A stretch of DNA of 64,000 nucleotides from an uncultured Methanosarcinales archaeon (GTDB lineage: Archaea > Nanobdellota > Nanobdellia > Woesearchaeales > CAYVYK01): the NCBI GenBank assembly GCA_964455675.1, contig CAYVYK010000001.1, positions 1-64,000 of the forward strand, written 5' to 3'. This document shows, in pieces, positions 17,743 through 27,508 of the stretch. Position numbers and translations under genes: made by a program. Below the pieces are notes generated by a model. That model was not told the DNA's origin. It was given only the letters and a program-made list of their open reading frames with translations, and did no database searches. Position 1 is the stretch's first letter; the number at the start of each line of letters is the position of its first letter.

Positions 17743-18194
17743 AAGGCCAGGTCTCGAATGAGATAGTATTCATTTTTGCGTTTGCGGTGATGATGATTCT
17801 AATCGCTCTGCTGATTTTTCCAGATATTGGATGGTTTGGTTCTGGCATTGTCATACATGAGCGCTGCATGGCAGGTGGAGGTTTTAATTGTCTTGGCACT
17901 TCAGTTGAGTATACGGATGATGGGCTGAATGTTGACGTGCTTCTTGAGAATGCAAAAGGTTTTGATGTGGAGAATGTTTCCATTCAATCGACAGAGTGTA
18001 ATTCCACGTTCACGACGGGTATTATCAATAAGACAGGTAGGTTTTGGATGAATCTGTCGGGGTGCTTTCCTGACAGGCTTCCGCATGATAGCTTTGATTT
18101 GAGTTTTGGCATTAGGTATAACTCGCTGCCGCAGAGGGTGACGCATTGGGAGGCGGGAAGTATAGTCGCGATTGTTCCGGGTGATGCTCCATGA
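17739..18194 (+). CDS. Pilin-like protein with class III signal peptide
   Basis: MKGQVSNE followed by a hydrophobic helix and CMAGGGFNC. Confidence 0.7.
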   Translation: MKGQVSNEIVFIFAFAVMMILIALLIFPDIGWFGSGIVIHERCMAGGGFNCLGTSVEYTDDGLNVDVLLENAKGFDVENVSIQSTECNSTFTTGIINKTGRFWMNLSGCFPDRLPHDSFDLSFGIRYNSLPQRVTHWEAGSIVAIVPGDAP

Positions 18195-18928
18195 AAATGA
18201 TTGTTGGTGTGCGCGACGGAGAACTCCGTCAGTACATGGTTGATGATGCAAAGGATTTTCACTGTAACGAGGGAAGTATTGCAAAGGATGAGTTGAAAAA
18301 AAGTCCTGGATCAGTCGTGAAGACGAACAGGGGAGTGACATACTTCCTGATAGATCCTGCTTTCCTCGACCGGTTTTTCAAGATTCGGAGGCTTGCCCAG
18401 ATCATTCCCTTGAAGGACTTGGGGAGCATCTTGGTGTATGCAAAAATTTCGCGCTCTTCAGTCATCGCCGATGCTGGTTCGGGGAGCGGCGCGCTTGCGT
18501 GTTTTCTTGCCCATCACGCGAAGAAGGTGAGGAGTTTTGACATTCGCGATGATCATCTGGAAGTCGCGAGTAAGAACAAGGAATACCTTCAGTTGAAGAA
18601 CCTTGAATTTCAGAAACATGATGCGTACACAGGGTTTCCCATAAAGAATGTTGATGCCGTAACGCTCGACCTCCCAGAGCCCTGGAAGGCGCTTCCTCAC
18701 GCGAAGAAAGCGCTCAAGGTTGGTGGATATATTGTTTCCTACAATCCTTCCATTCCTCAGACTCAGGATTTCGTGAACGCTGTTCTTGAGGATTCTTCCC
18801 TATTGCATGAGCGCTCGATCGAGATTCTTGAGCGTGAGTGGGAGATTGATGGCCGTCGCGTGCGTCCGAAGACGCAAGGGATCGGACACAGTGGTTTTCT
18901 CACCTTCGTAAGGAAGGTTGTGAAATGA
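18191..18928 (+). CDS. trmI: tRNA (adenine57/58-N1)-methyltransferase TrmI
   Basis: AQII..KD, DAGSGSG, LDLPEPW and R.RP...GHSGFL. Confidence 0.88.
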   Translation: MKMIVGVRDGELRQYMVDDAKDFHCNEGSIAKDELKKSPGSVVKTNRGVTYFLIDPAFLDRFFKIRRLAQIIPLKDLGSILVYAKISRSSVIADAGSGSGALACFLAHHAKKVRSFDIRDDHLEVASKNKEYLQLKNLEFQKHDAYTGFPIKNVDAVTLDLPEPWKALPHAKKALKVGGYIVSYNPSIPQTQDFVNAVLEDSSLLHERSIEILEREWEIDGRRVRPKTQGIGHSGFLTFVRKVVK

Positions 18929-19485
18929 AGGATGAGATCAGAATCTTAGGTATTGATGATTCCCCATTTCAAAAATTCTCAAACGCAGAGTGCCTCGTGA
19001 TTGGGACGCTCTTTCGCGGAGGCAAATTTTGCGACGGTATCATGACAACCAAGGTGAGAGTGGACGGATCAAATGCCACTTCAAAGATAATTGCCATGAT
19101 TAACAGGTCGAAGTTTAGATCACAGATTCGTGTGATTTTCCTTGACGGGCTTGCGCTTGCAGGGTTCAACATTGTTGACATCGAAAAATTGCACCATGCA
19201 ACGGATATTCCCGTCGTTGTCATCATCCGTAAGATGCCAGATATTCCGCATATTAAGGAAGTGCTTGGTAAGCTTGGCATGTCTCGCAAGATAAAAATGC
19301 TCGATGATGCAGGACCGATCAGTAAGGTTGGAAAGATCTTTACACAAAGTAAGGGTGTAACGCCTGAAGTTCTGAGAGATATGATTCGTATTTCATGCAC
19401 TCACGCGGACATTCCGGAGGCCTTGCGTGTTGCTCACTTGATAGCTGCGGGTATTGGTCTAGGCGAAAGTCATGGTGACGCTTAG
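18925..19485 (+). CDS. DUF99 / endonuclease V-like (endonuclease dU) family protein
   Basis: RILGIDDSPF, LDG...AGFN..D and IPEALRVAHLIA. Confidence 0.85.
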   Translation: MKDEIRILGIDDSPFQKFSNAECLVIGTLFRGGKFCDGIMTTKVRVDGSNATSKIIAMINRSKFRSQIRVIFLDGLALAGFNIVDIEKLHHATDIPVVVIIRKMPDIPHIKEVLGKLGMSRKIKMLDDAGPISKVGKIFTQSKGVTPEVLRDMIRISCTHADIPEALRVAHLIAAGIGLGESHGDA

Positions 19486-21230
19486 GTGTAGTAGAGTTTT
19501 CGCTGTTTCTTCTGCTCCGCGTCCATTTGGCTGTCTGGTTTGTTCGCTCTTGGCCGTGACGTAGTGGGATCGCGACGGAATGTGATACCAAGGTCGGAGA
19601 GAAAATGATTCATTCCCTCTTCCATGGCAAAGGGGCCCGAGACTTTTCCATGCTGCGCGGGTTTTCCGTCAAAAACGATGAGCCGTTGGGAAAGATAATC
19701 CGCAAAGAGCAGGTCGTGGTCGACGACGAGCGCGCTTGTTCCTCGTCGTTCCATGAGGTCTCCGATGATTTTGCTGACGAGCAGTCGCTGTTCAACGTCG
19801 AGGTACGCGCTTGGCTCATCGAGGAGGTAAAGGTCTGCGTCTCGCGCAAGGCATGCCGCGATCGCTACCCGTTGCAATTGTCCTCCTGAGAGTTGATCGA
19901 GCCTTTTGCCCATGAAGTCCGCTAGGCCCAGTGGGCGTATGAGCTCAACTTCATATTTTTGTGCGAGGGCTAGGACCTGCGCGACTGGTGTCTCATCAAC
20001 ATCAAAATATTGTGGTTTATAGGAGACGGTGACTTGGTCCGTGATGCTTCCGAGGACTCCCTGCTGTACTCCTGCAAGGATTTTGACGAATGTAGTTTTT
20101 CCGATGCCGTTCGGCCCGAGGATCCCGATGACTTCATGCCTGTTGATGATGCCTTCCTCTGCTTCAAGTTTGAACTTGTCAAGCGTGCATGTGATGCGTT
20201 TCCAGCTTGTCAGTTGCTCTTTGCGTCTCGCATGGGATGGCGGCCGTGTGGCAAACTGGATTTTCTTTTCTCTGAATCGTACGTTTTCCTCTTTGAGGTA
20301 TCCTTCGAGGTACACATTGATGCCAAGCTTCGTTGTCTTTGGCTGGCTGACGATACCATAACCTTCTTCCTTTCCATAGAGGATATGGATGAGATCGGTC
20401 ATGTAGTCGAGGATGATAAGGTCATGTTCGACAACAACGACCGCGGTCTTCTCGGTTGCGAGCGATCGCAGATAGTTTGCCACGCGAAGGCGCTGCTTGA
20501 CGTCAAGGTATGATGTTGGTTCATCGTAGAAGTACACGTTTGCTTTCCGAAGGCTTGCCGCCGCGATCGCTACCCGTTGCAGCTCTCCTCCGCTGAGCGT
20601 CTTGATATTGTTGTCAAAGATGCCTTGGAGGTCAAGGTGCTTGGCGACATCCATGAGCGCATCGCGTTCGTCAACGCTTTTCAGTATCTGCCGTACCGTT
20701 CCTTCCACAAGTTTTGGTATTTGGTCGACAAATTGCGGTTTGTAGCTTACCTTGATGTGTCCATCTCTGAGTTTTTCGAAGTATCCTTGGGCGACGCTTC
20801 CTTTGAAGTATGCGATTAATTGCTCAAACGTTGCGTCATTGTCAGTTCCAAGGTTAGGTTTGAGGACTCCTGCGAGGATTTTGACGGCTGTTGATTTTCC
20901 TATTCCATTCCTTCCAATGATTCCTACTACCTTTCCAAATTGTGGTATGGGAAGGTTGTAGAGATGGAATCCGTTCTGTCCGTACCGGTGGATTGGGCTT
21001 TTCGTGAGTTCCTCTGGGAGGTTGATGATCATGATTGCCCCATAGGGGCAGCGCTTGGGGCAGATGCCGCATCCGGTGCAGAGTTCCGCATCGATGCGCG
21101 CTTTTCCGCTTGGTCCCTTGATGATGCATTGCGCTCCTGTTCTGTTTACAGGGCAGAGCCTAGCACAGAGATAGTCGCCGCAACCTTTGGGGTTGCACTT
21201 ATCTTCGGTAACGATTGCAATACGTGTCAT
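19482..21230 (-). CDS. rli: Ribosome recycling ATPase ABCE1/RLI
   Basis: Two N-terminal Fe-S motifs (C.P..C...C...CP; CTGCGICPKRCP) and two ABC domains with LSGG.LQR. Confidence 0.96.
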   Translation of the reverse strand: MTRIAIVTEDKCNPKGCGDYLCARLCPVNRTGAQCIIKGPSGKARIDAELCTGCGICPKRCPYGAIMIINLPEELTKSPIHRYGQNGFHLYNLPIPQFGKVVGIIGRNGIGKSTAVKILAGVLKPNLGTDNDATFEQLIAYFKGSVAQGYFEKLRDGHIKVSYKPQFVDQIPKLVEGTVRQILKSVDERDALMDVAKHLDLQGIFDNNIKTLSGGELQRVAIAAASLRKANVYFYDEPTSYLDVKQRLRVANYLRSLATEKTAVVVVEHDLIILDYMTDLIHILYGKEEGYGIVSQPKTTKLGINVYLEGYLKEENVRFREKKIQFATRPPSHARRKEQLTSWKRITCTLDKFKLEAEEGIINRHEVIGILGPNGIGKTTFVKILAGVQQGVLGSITDQVTVSYKPQYFDVDETPVAQVLALAQKYEVELIRPLGLADFMGKRLDQLSGGQLQRVAIAACLARDADLYLLDEPSAYLDVEQRLLVSKIIGDLMERRGTSALVVDHDLLFADYLSQRLIVFDGKPAQHGKVSGPFAMEEGMNHFLSDLGITFRRDPTTSRPRANKPDSQMDAEQKKQRKLYYT

Positions 21231-21271
21231 AGAAAATGAGTGGCCATTGGACGTTTATAAATCTTGGGGGC

Positions 21272-22582
21272 TCAGTTGGCCTGGGCGCAGACGAAGGGAG
21301 GCTCGGTAGGTTTTGTGGCGCAGGGTGCAGGTCCCCATTCTTTGCATTCATAATGCCATTGTACCCAATTGCAGACGGGATACGCATGGTATCGAACGCC
21401 AAGTTGCGCATTGATCCATGTCTGTCCCTGGACGGTTGTTTCTTGGCAGCTGATCACGATTGGACCTGGTGGGATTCCAACACCCATGAGTTCAAACCAG
21501 TCCGTCGTTGTTTCTGCTCCCCATTGACAGCAGCATTGGTCATCGTCGCAGCAGCCATCGCCGCATGTTGCGGCTCCATTCGGGCAGTCCGCTGGGCATG
21601 TTGTTTTTTCTCCTGCTTCGCACGCGCCATTTCCGCATCCGGGTACAAAGCAATCAAATCCGCAAGTGGCTACTGATTCTCCAGAACTGCAGTATCCGTC
21701 GCCGCAGTGGCAGTCAAGTGGGCAGCTGCTTGATGTTTCTCCATTGTTGCAGGAGTCATCGCCGCACGTGCAGTCATGTGGACAGTTCTGGATAGTTTCC
21801 CCAGCATTACAGATGTTATCTCCGCAGGTAAGTTGCGGGCAGTCCGCAGGGCACGAGGAGCGTGTTTCGACTTTCTCGCAAACAGAATTTCCGCAGTGGC
21901 AATCAGGCAGACAGTTCTGCATGGTTTCCCCCCCGGTGCATGATCCATCGCCGCACGTGGTGAGTGGACAGTCAGAAGCGCAGGATTCATAGTTTTCTCC
22001 AAATTGGCAATTCCCATTTCCGCATGTGAATGAATAGCAATCAGCCGCGCATGAGGCATATGATTCATACACTTGGCATACGCCATCGCCACAGTGGCAG
22101 TCCTTCGCGCATGATTCGCCTCCTGCGCATACGCCATCGCCGCAGTCACAGTCCGCAGCGCATGTTGATCCGCTTTCCTTGTTTTCACAAAAGCAGGTGG
22201 ATGTTGATCTGCATATACCGTTGATCCATTCCCCATTTGGCACGATACTTCCCTTCTTGCACGCCCACTCTAGGACTGAAGCGTCAAGTCCGGGTGGTGG
22301 TGTTTGCCCATTGAGTTGGTTCATGAGGGAACAGCTCATCGTTTGTGACTGTCCTTCCTCATCTTGATACGTTGTATACCCTCCAGCGTATTTCTGTACA
22401 GCTAACGAGAAGTATTCGCAGTCTCCCCAAATGGGCTCCCATTCATTGCAGCACATGCGGCCCATTCCTAACTTCCAGAAATTGCCCGTGACTTCCGGCT
22501 TGAGGCTGATCACGAGCGCAATGATTGCCATGATAAGGGTGACCGCAATGAGCACTGAGTACCATCGTACCTGCACTGCCAT
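21272..22582 (-). CDS. Membrane-anchored cysteine-rich repeat surface protein
   Basis: N-terminal TM helix; ten CG[D/N]xxC...E...C..DC repeats. Confidence 0.8.
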   Translation of the reverse strand: MAVQVRWYSVLIAVTLIMAIIALVISLKPEVTGNFWKLGMGRMCCNEWEPIWGDCEYFSLAVQKYAGGYTTYQDEEGQSQTMSCSLMNQLNGQTPPPGLDASVLEWACKKGSIVPNGEWINGICRSTSTCFCENKESGSTCAADCDCGDGVCAGGESCAKDCHCGDGVCQVYESYASCAADCYSFTCGNGNCQFGENYESCASDCPLTTCGDGSCTGGETMQNCLPDCHCGNSVCEKVETRSSCPADCPQLTCGDNICNAGETIQNCPHDCTCGDDSCNNGETSSSCPLDCHCGDGYCSSGESVATCGFDCFVPGCGNGACEAGEKTTCPADCPNGAATCGDGCCDDDQCCCQWGAETTTDWFELMGVGIPPGPIVISCQETTVQGQTWINAQLGVRYHAYPVCNWVQWHYECKEWGPAPCATKPTEPPFVCAQAN

Positions 22583-22656
22583 AGGTTATACCAAAGAATG
22601 GGGGTATTTATATTTACCCATTATGTTTTTATACGGGAAACATCTCGCAAGCGTGT

Positions 22657-23502
22657 ATGTACCGGTTAAAACATGTATGCGGAGAATTCTGCGTTGACGA
22701 GAAGGGAGCACCCTCATCATCCGGGAATATCGAGTGGACGAAGGCTCCATTGACCGTGCAGAACAAATTAATGCAGGAAATCCGTAAGGACGTCTCTAAA
22801 AAAGCCCTCCATGCAAAAAGCATGGAGTTCGTCTGGCAGCAGTTGCAGGATGCCGTGAATGAGGATATCCTTATCATCCAGGCAGTGAAGGCATGGCAGG
22901 AAGAGGAGGATGTGTCAAACAAACTCACCGGCCGTTTGCGGGAATGGGTGGAGTGGTATGATCCTGATCTATCAAGGATGACAAATGATCATGCGAGGTT
23001 TGTGGCCGCAGTCGCGAATCATGAATGGAAAGATGCATCTCTTGCCAAGCGTTGGAAAGAGAAGGACGTGACGGCAATGGTTGATTTTGCGCATTCCATC
23101 CAGAAGATTCAGAGGGGCATGGAGACCAAGCTTGCGTATATCGAGTCCGTTCTTGAGGGGTACGCGCCGAATATTCTTGCGGTCACAAATGCTCGTCTTG
23201 CAGGTCAGCTATTTGAGCTTTCAGGTGGATTAAAGAAGCTCGCCACGCTTCCTGCGACGACCATTCAGCTTCTGGGCGCGGAGAAAGCGCTCTTTCGTCA
23301 TTTGTTGACTGGGGCAAAGTCCCCAAAGCATGGTATTATCATTCAGCATCCGTGTCTTGCGAACGCTCCGGCAAAGGAGCACGGCAGAATCGCACGCTTA
23401 CTTGCTGACCGTATTGCGATGTGCGCTCGGCTTGATTATTTCAAGGGAGAGTTCAAGGGAGCAGAGTATCGTAGGGAGATTGAGGAAGCATGCCGAAGAT
23501 AA
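22657..23502 (+). CDS. nop5: Box C/D sRNP protein Nop5 (short form)
   Basis: RLREW, APN, LPATTIQLLGAEKALFRHL..G.KSPKHG and R.AR.LA...AR.DYF; directly upstream of fibrillarin. Confidence 0.9.
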   Translation: MYRLKHVCGEFCVDEKGAPSSSGNIEWTKAPLTVQNKLMQEIRKDVSKKALHAKSMEFVWQQLQDAVNEDILIIQAVKAWQEEEDVSNKLTGRLREWVEWYDPDLSRMTNDHARFVAAVANHEWKDASLAKRWKEKDVTAMVDFAHSIQKIQRGMETKLAYIESVLEGYAPNILAVTNARLAGQLFELSGGLKKLATLPATTIQLLGAEKALFRHLLTGAKSPKHGIIIQHPCLANAPAKEHGRIARLLADRIAMCARLDYFKGEFKGAEYRREIEEACRR

Positions 23503-24167
23503 TTGCGACGAGGATGTTTGAAGTGTATTCCGCCGCTGGAAAGCGTCCGGAGTTGTTTACGAAGAGTCTGACCCCTGGTAAGAGAGTCTATGGAGAGCGT
23601 CTCGTCCAGCAGGATGGCGAGGAGTTTCGTTCGTGGGATCCAACGAGAAGCAAGCTTGCGGCATTTATCATGAATGGGGCGCAGAACGTTGGCCTTCGCA
23701 AGGGTGATGCCGTATTGTATTTGGGTGCGTCCTCGGGGACGACAGTGTCGCATGTGTCAGATGTTGTCGGAAAGGATGGTGTTGTCTTCGCTCTTGATTT
23801 TGCTCCGCGTGTTGTGCGTGACTTGTGGTTTGTCTCTCGTGATCGTGAGAATCTTATTCCCCTTCTTGAGGACGCGTTCCATCCGGAAACATACGCCCAT
23901 AGGATCACGGGTGTTGATGTAGTGTACCAGGATATCGCTCAGCGAAATCAAGTCGAGATTTTCGTGAAGAATGTTCAGCTGTTCTTAAAGCCAAAAGGAT
24001 ATGGCCTTCTCGCGATCAAGGCAAGGAGCGTTGACGTGACAAAGAAGCCAAAAGACATCTTCCGTCAGGTGCACAGGGAGCTTGAAGCCGCGAAGCTGAC
24101 GGTTGCGGATTACCGCCCGCTTGAGCCTTTCGAGAAGGATCATGCAATGTTTCTCGTCAGAAATTGA
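23490..24167 (+). CDS. flpA: Fibrillarin-like rRNA/tRNA 2'-O-methyltransferase
   Basis: VYGE...R.WDP.RSKLAA, VLYLGASSGTTVSHVSD and KARSVDVT...PFEKDH. Confidence 0.96.
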   Translation: MPKIIATRMFEVYSAAGKRPELFTKSLTPGKRVYGERLVQQDGEEFRSWDPTRSKLAAFIMNGAQNVGLRKGDAVLYLGASSGTTVSHVSDVVGKDGVVFALDFAPRVVRDLWFVSRDRENLIPLLEDAFHPETYAHRITGVDVVYQDIAQRNQVEIFVKNVQLFLKPKGYGLLAIKARSVDVTKKPKDIFRQVHRELEAAKLTVADYRPLEPFEKDHAMFLVRN

Positions 24168-24174
24168 ATAATGG

Positions 24175-25644
24175 TTAAGAATAGCTTGAGACTTCTGGGT
24201 TGATGAAGAGTACTTTACCAATGGCGTAGGTGTACTGGCTGTCCTCGATAACATCGGCATCGCTCCATGTGTACCGGTAGTGTATTTTGACCTTAAGGTC
24301 AAATTCTTGCTCTTCATTCTTGACAAGTGAGACGATTGGCGAGAGAGTCCATGTGTACCGGTCTCCTTCCCTCCTGAGGTTTGCGGCAACCTGGTGTTCC
24401 GCAAGGAGCTGATTACCACTCAATAGCTCAATACGCTTGATCTGGAATCCTTCAACGTCATCCTCAAGGAATGACTGGATCATTTCAATGTGGAACTTGT
24501 CCTTGTTGATATCGAATGGTGCCATGTAGCGGTATTTGACGACTGTTGTGACTTTGATAACATCTTCATCATCAACTTTCTGCTTGAGGTTTCTCGTGTC
24601 GCTCAATATTGTGGGAGTGATTTGGTCTGCGTTAAGGACTTTTCCGACGCATTTCATGTTAAAGCACGTATCCTTGATCCACTTTCCATGGCTCGTGTAG
24701 CATTCCCCACAGTCTTCGGGGCATGTGCATTTGTTCTCGTTGAGCTCGCAGATTCTGTTTCCGCAGCACGCTCCGCGGTAGTTGTACTTACAGAAGTATG
24801 TGGTGTCCTGACCGCATGTCGCGTTCGCGCACGCGCGCACTTCGCATGTCGGGCATTCTTTTGTTAGCACTGGCTTGATGAGTTTGATTTGGACTTTCTG
24901 GCTTACGCTTCCTGCTACATCCCTTATGACGCCTTTATCTGCGATTTTATAAGTATAAAAGACCTCAAGTGTAACCTCAATGGGATCCGGATCGATCTTG
25001 ACTTTCTTCAGGTTGATTTCATCATTTGCTGTCATTCGGTCATCATGAAGGACCTGATTGACATCAGTACTTCCAAGGATCTCTGCCTTTTCTTCAGTAA
25101 CTTTTCCTTTCGCATCCTTGATTTGCGTTATGTGGACGACACGTACTTTTTTTATTGTGAAGTCTGTGACAGAATTTGGCAGCCCCTCCCATCGGAGTTC
25201 CGTCTTGAACAAGTCTCGATTCACGTTGAAGGGACTCTCATAATCATACGTAACAAACAGTCGGCCAATCTCTTTGTCTTTATCATTGATTCCATGGACT
25301 GGTGTTTCTCGGAAGTTCTGTTTAACACTCGTATCCTCAATGGAGATGCATTGTTGATCTTCACTACACTTGTAAATGAGTCCTCCCTCAGTCGTTCCGA
25401 CGCATTTTCCACAGTCGCTCGCGCAGGTACACTTGTTCTCTCCATCATCCTTTTCGCATTTCTCATTGCCGCAGCATGCGGATATTGGGTTGTGCACACA
25501 TGTTCCACTGTCACATTCCGACTGAAAACAATTGTTCTTCGTACAGTCTTCATCTTTCTTGCATTCCCTCTCGCCGCATGCAGTGAGGAGTGCAACTAGT
25601 AATACTAACAGAAGGACGATCACACCTCTTTTCATGGACATCAT
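24175..25644 (-). CDS. Cys-rich secreted/lipoprotein with two duplicated modules
   Basis: Lipobox-like LLTAC; CCGN..CE..EN.CTC..DCG.C occurs twice, each followed by a beta-rich domain (PFNVNRDLF / PFDINKDKF). Confidence 0.7.
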   Translation of the reverse strand: MMSMKRGVIVLLLVLLVALLTACGERECKKDEDCTKNNCFQSECDSGTCVHNPISACCGNEKCEKDDGENKCTCASDCGKCVGTTEGGLIYKCSEDQQCISIEDTSVKQNFRETPVHGINDKDKEIGRLFVTYDYESPFNVNRDLFKTELRWEGLPNSVTDFTIKKVRVVHITQIKDAKGKVTEEKAEILGSTDVNQVLHDDRMTANDEINLKKVKIDPDPIEVTLEVFYTYKIADKGVIRDVAGSVSQKVQIKLIKPVLTKECPTCEVRACANATCGQDTTYFCKYNYRGACCGNRICELNENKCTCPEDCGECYTSHGKWIKDTCFNMKCVGKVLNADQITPTILSDTRNLKQKVDDEDVIKVTTVVKYRYMAPFDINKDKFHIEMIQSFLEDDVEGFQIKRIELLSGNQLLAEHQVAANLRREGDRYTWTLSPIVSLVKNEEQEFDLKVKIHYRYTWSDADVIEDSQYTYAIGKVLFINPEVSSYS

Positions 25645-25682
25645 GATGCTACTAACAAATTTATTTTATAAAGGTTTTGGTT

Positions 25683-26663
25683 TTACACGAGCCAAATGAG
25701 CGATGCGAAAAAAAGTTCCATGGCGATCATTGCGTATACAACCTGGCGCTCGGAAAATGTTCCGGTTTGTGTCATAAGATGAGGGATTGAGTAAATCTTT
25801 GAGTGTTTAGACTTGAGTTTTCCATTCGGAAGCGCGTGGCCGACAGTGGTTTTCTGGAACTTTCCGCGAAGTTTAAGGATGAATTCCACAAAGAAAGGAA
25901 TGGATACGATAAGACACGCTTTCTCCATATTTCCAAGGACGGCGATGCATACAAGCACCGCCCCAAGCAGGTAGGTAAGGGAGTCTCCAGGCAGGATGCG
26001 TGCAGGTACCCGATTGTAGATGAGGAATGCGGCAAGGGCAGCAAATGTGATGAATGCTATGGTCGCTGCAGTACCGGATCCAATATGGAGAGCATACAAG
26101 CCAAGCATTCCTGTGTATACCATGCCCATCCCAGCTTCCATGCCGTTGAACCCCCCAAGAAGATTGACCATGTTGCTTGCCCCGACTACACCAATGGGGA
26201 CGAGGACCAGAGCGTACAATATCCCAAAATCAACGTTTCCAAATAAGGGAACATTCATCATCGACTCTCCTGCTTTGATTGCCATGAGAGGGATTGCTGC
26301 AGGGAGTGTGAGGAGTGGTTTTTGCCATTGTTTGAGGCCCACAGAATATTTTTGGTTGTTATGGATGAGAAGGTCATCCATGAATCCGATGAAAGTGATA
26401 ATCATGATTGAGCATGCTGCAGCAAGCAGAGAAAGATAAGAGTCGCCGTTTTTTGTGATGAATACCCCGATGAATACAAGAGTGAGGATTCCCGCGAGAA
26501 TTCCAGCCGCAACGGGGAGTCCCCCAGAGATGGGCACAAGGGTTCTCGGGTATTTTCCAAGATCTTGGACGACCGCATTGATTCTTGTGAGATACCGAAT
26601 GAAGTATGGTGTGAGAAATACGGTAAGAAGAAACGAGATGATGATCCCGATGAGGATGGTCAT
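25683..26663 (-). CDS. Polyprenyl-phosphate GlcNAc-1-phosphate transferase (AglH/GPT/MraY family)
   Basis: P..GG, GFMDD, NMVN..GFNG.E.G and ILPGD; multiple TM helices. The start is inferred at MTILIG. Confidence 0.85.
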   Translation of the reverse strand: MTILIGIIISFLLTVFLTPYFIRYLTRINAVVQDLGKYPRTLVPISGGLPVAAGILAGILTLVFIGVFITKNGDSYLSLLAAACSIMIITFIGFMDDLLIHNNQKYSVGLKQWQKPLLTLPAAIPLMAIKAGESMMNVPLFGNVDFGILYALVLVPIGVVGASNMVNLLGGFNGMEAGMGMVYTGMLGLYALHIGSGTAATIAFITFAALAAFLIYNRVPARILPGDSLTYLLGAVLVCIAVLGNMEKACLIVSIPFFVEFILKLRGKFQKTTVGHALPNGKLKSKHSKIYSIPHLMTQTGTFSERQVVYAMIAMELFFASLIWLV

Positions 26664-26719
26664 ACATGCTGGTGAGAAGGCACAACTTTTAAAAGTTCTT
26701 ACCGCATGTAAGGAAGATA

Positions 26720-27508
26720 ATGGCAAATGGGATGACTGAATCACTGCGGGAGGTATGGCAGTACCGTGAGTACATCCGTTATGAGACGATCGCTCGCTTG
26801 AAGGTTCGTCATAAGCGTACGGTGCTTGGGTATGTGTGGTGGGTTCTTGATCCTCTGCTTTTTATGGGTATTTATGTCCTCATTGTGCAGATTATTTTCA
26901 AGCGTGGAGGCCCTGATTATCCATTATTTGTTCTGCTTGCCTTGCTCCCATGGAGATGGTTTTCTTCCTCACTTATTGATGCTGCTGATGCAATCCGCGG
27001 AAAGGCAGGATTGGTAAAACAGGTGTATTTTCCAAAAATCACGCTTGTGCTTGCTGCAATGCTCTCTAATAGCGTGAACTTTGCCATAGGGCTGTTGATC
27101 CTTATTCCATTCCTCATGTTCTACCATGTTCGATTGACACAATTCATGGTGTTCTTCCTGCTGCTCGTGCTCGTGCAGATACTCCTAACATTAGGACTTG
27201 CGTTGATGATCGCACACTTTAATGTTTTTTTTAGGGATATCGGCAATCTTCTGCGATATGGTCTCCAGGTTTGGTTCTATTTGTCACCAGGTATATACGC
27301 AGCATCATTAGTTCCGCCCACGATTCTGCCATATTATTACCTGAATCCGTTTGTAACCATATTTGAAGGGTATAGAAATGCTATGATGTATGCTTCTCCC
27401 CCTAATCTGATTGCCTTAGGGATTATCATGCTCTGCTCAATAGTGTTGATACTCATAGGCCTATCGATCATAATAAAGAAACAGGGAGAGTATGCAAAAG
27501 TCCTGTAA
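26720..27508 (+). CDS. ABC-2 polysaccharide export permease (Wzm/TagG-like)
   Basis: LGYVWWVLDPL, VKQVYFP, FRD, FYLSPGIY and NP motifs. Confidence 0.9.
   Translation: MANGMTESLREVWQYREYIRYETIARLKVRHKRTVLGYVWWVLDPLLFMGIYVLIVQIIFKRGGPDYPLFVLLALLPWRWFSSSLIDAADAIRGKAGLVKQVYFPKITLVLAAMLSNSVNFAIGLLILIPFLMFYHVRLTQFMVFFLLLVLVQILLTLGLALMIAHFNVFFRDIGNLLRYGLQVWFYLSPGIYAASLVPPTILPYYYLNPFVTIFEGYRNAMMYASPPNLIALGIIMLCSIVLILIGLSIIIKKQGEYAKVL

Noticed and set aside
22657..23502. Nop-domain RNA-guided system of TIGR-Tas or IS110 type
   Set aside because: It carries the Nop5-specific GAEKALF motif and overlaps fibrillarin; there is no nuclease domain or adjacent repeat array.
22583..24174. Box C/D guide sRNAs near nop5-fibrillarin
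   Set aside because: I found no convincing RUGAUGA...CUGA pair in the short intergenic gaps by eye; a dedicated scan is needed.
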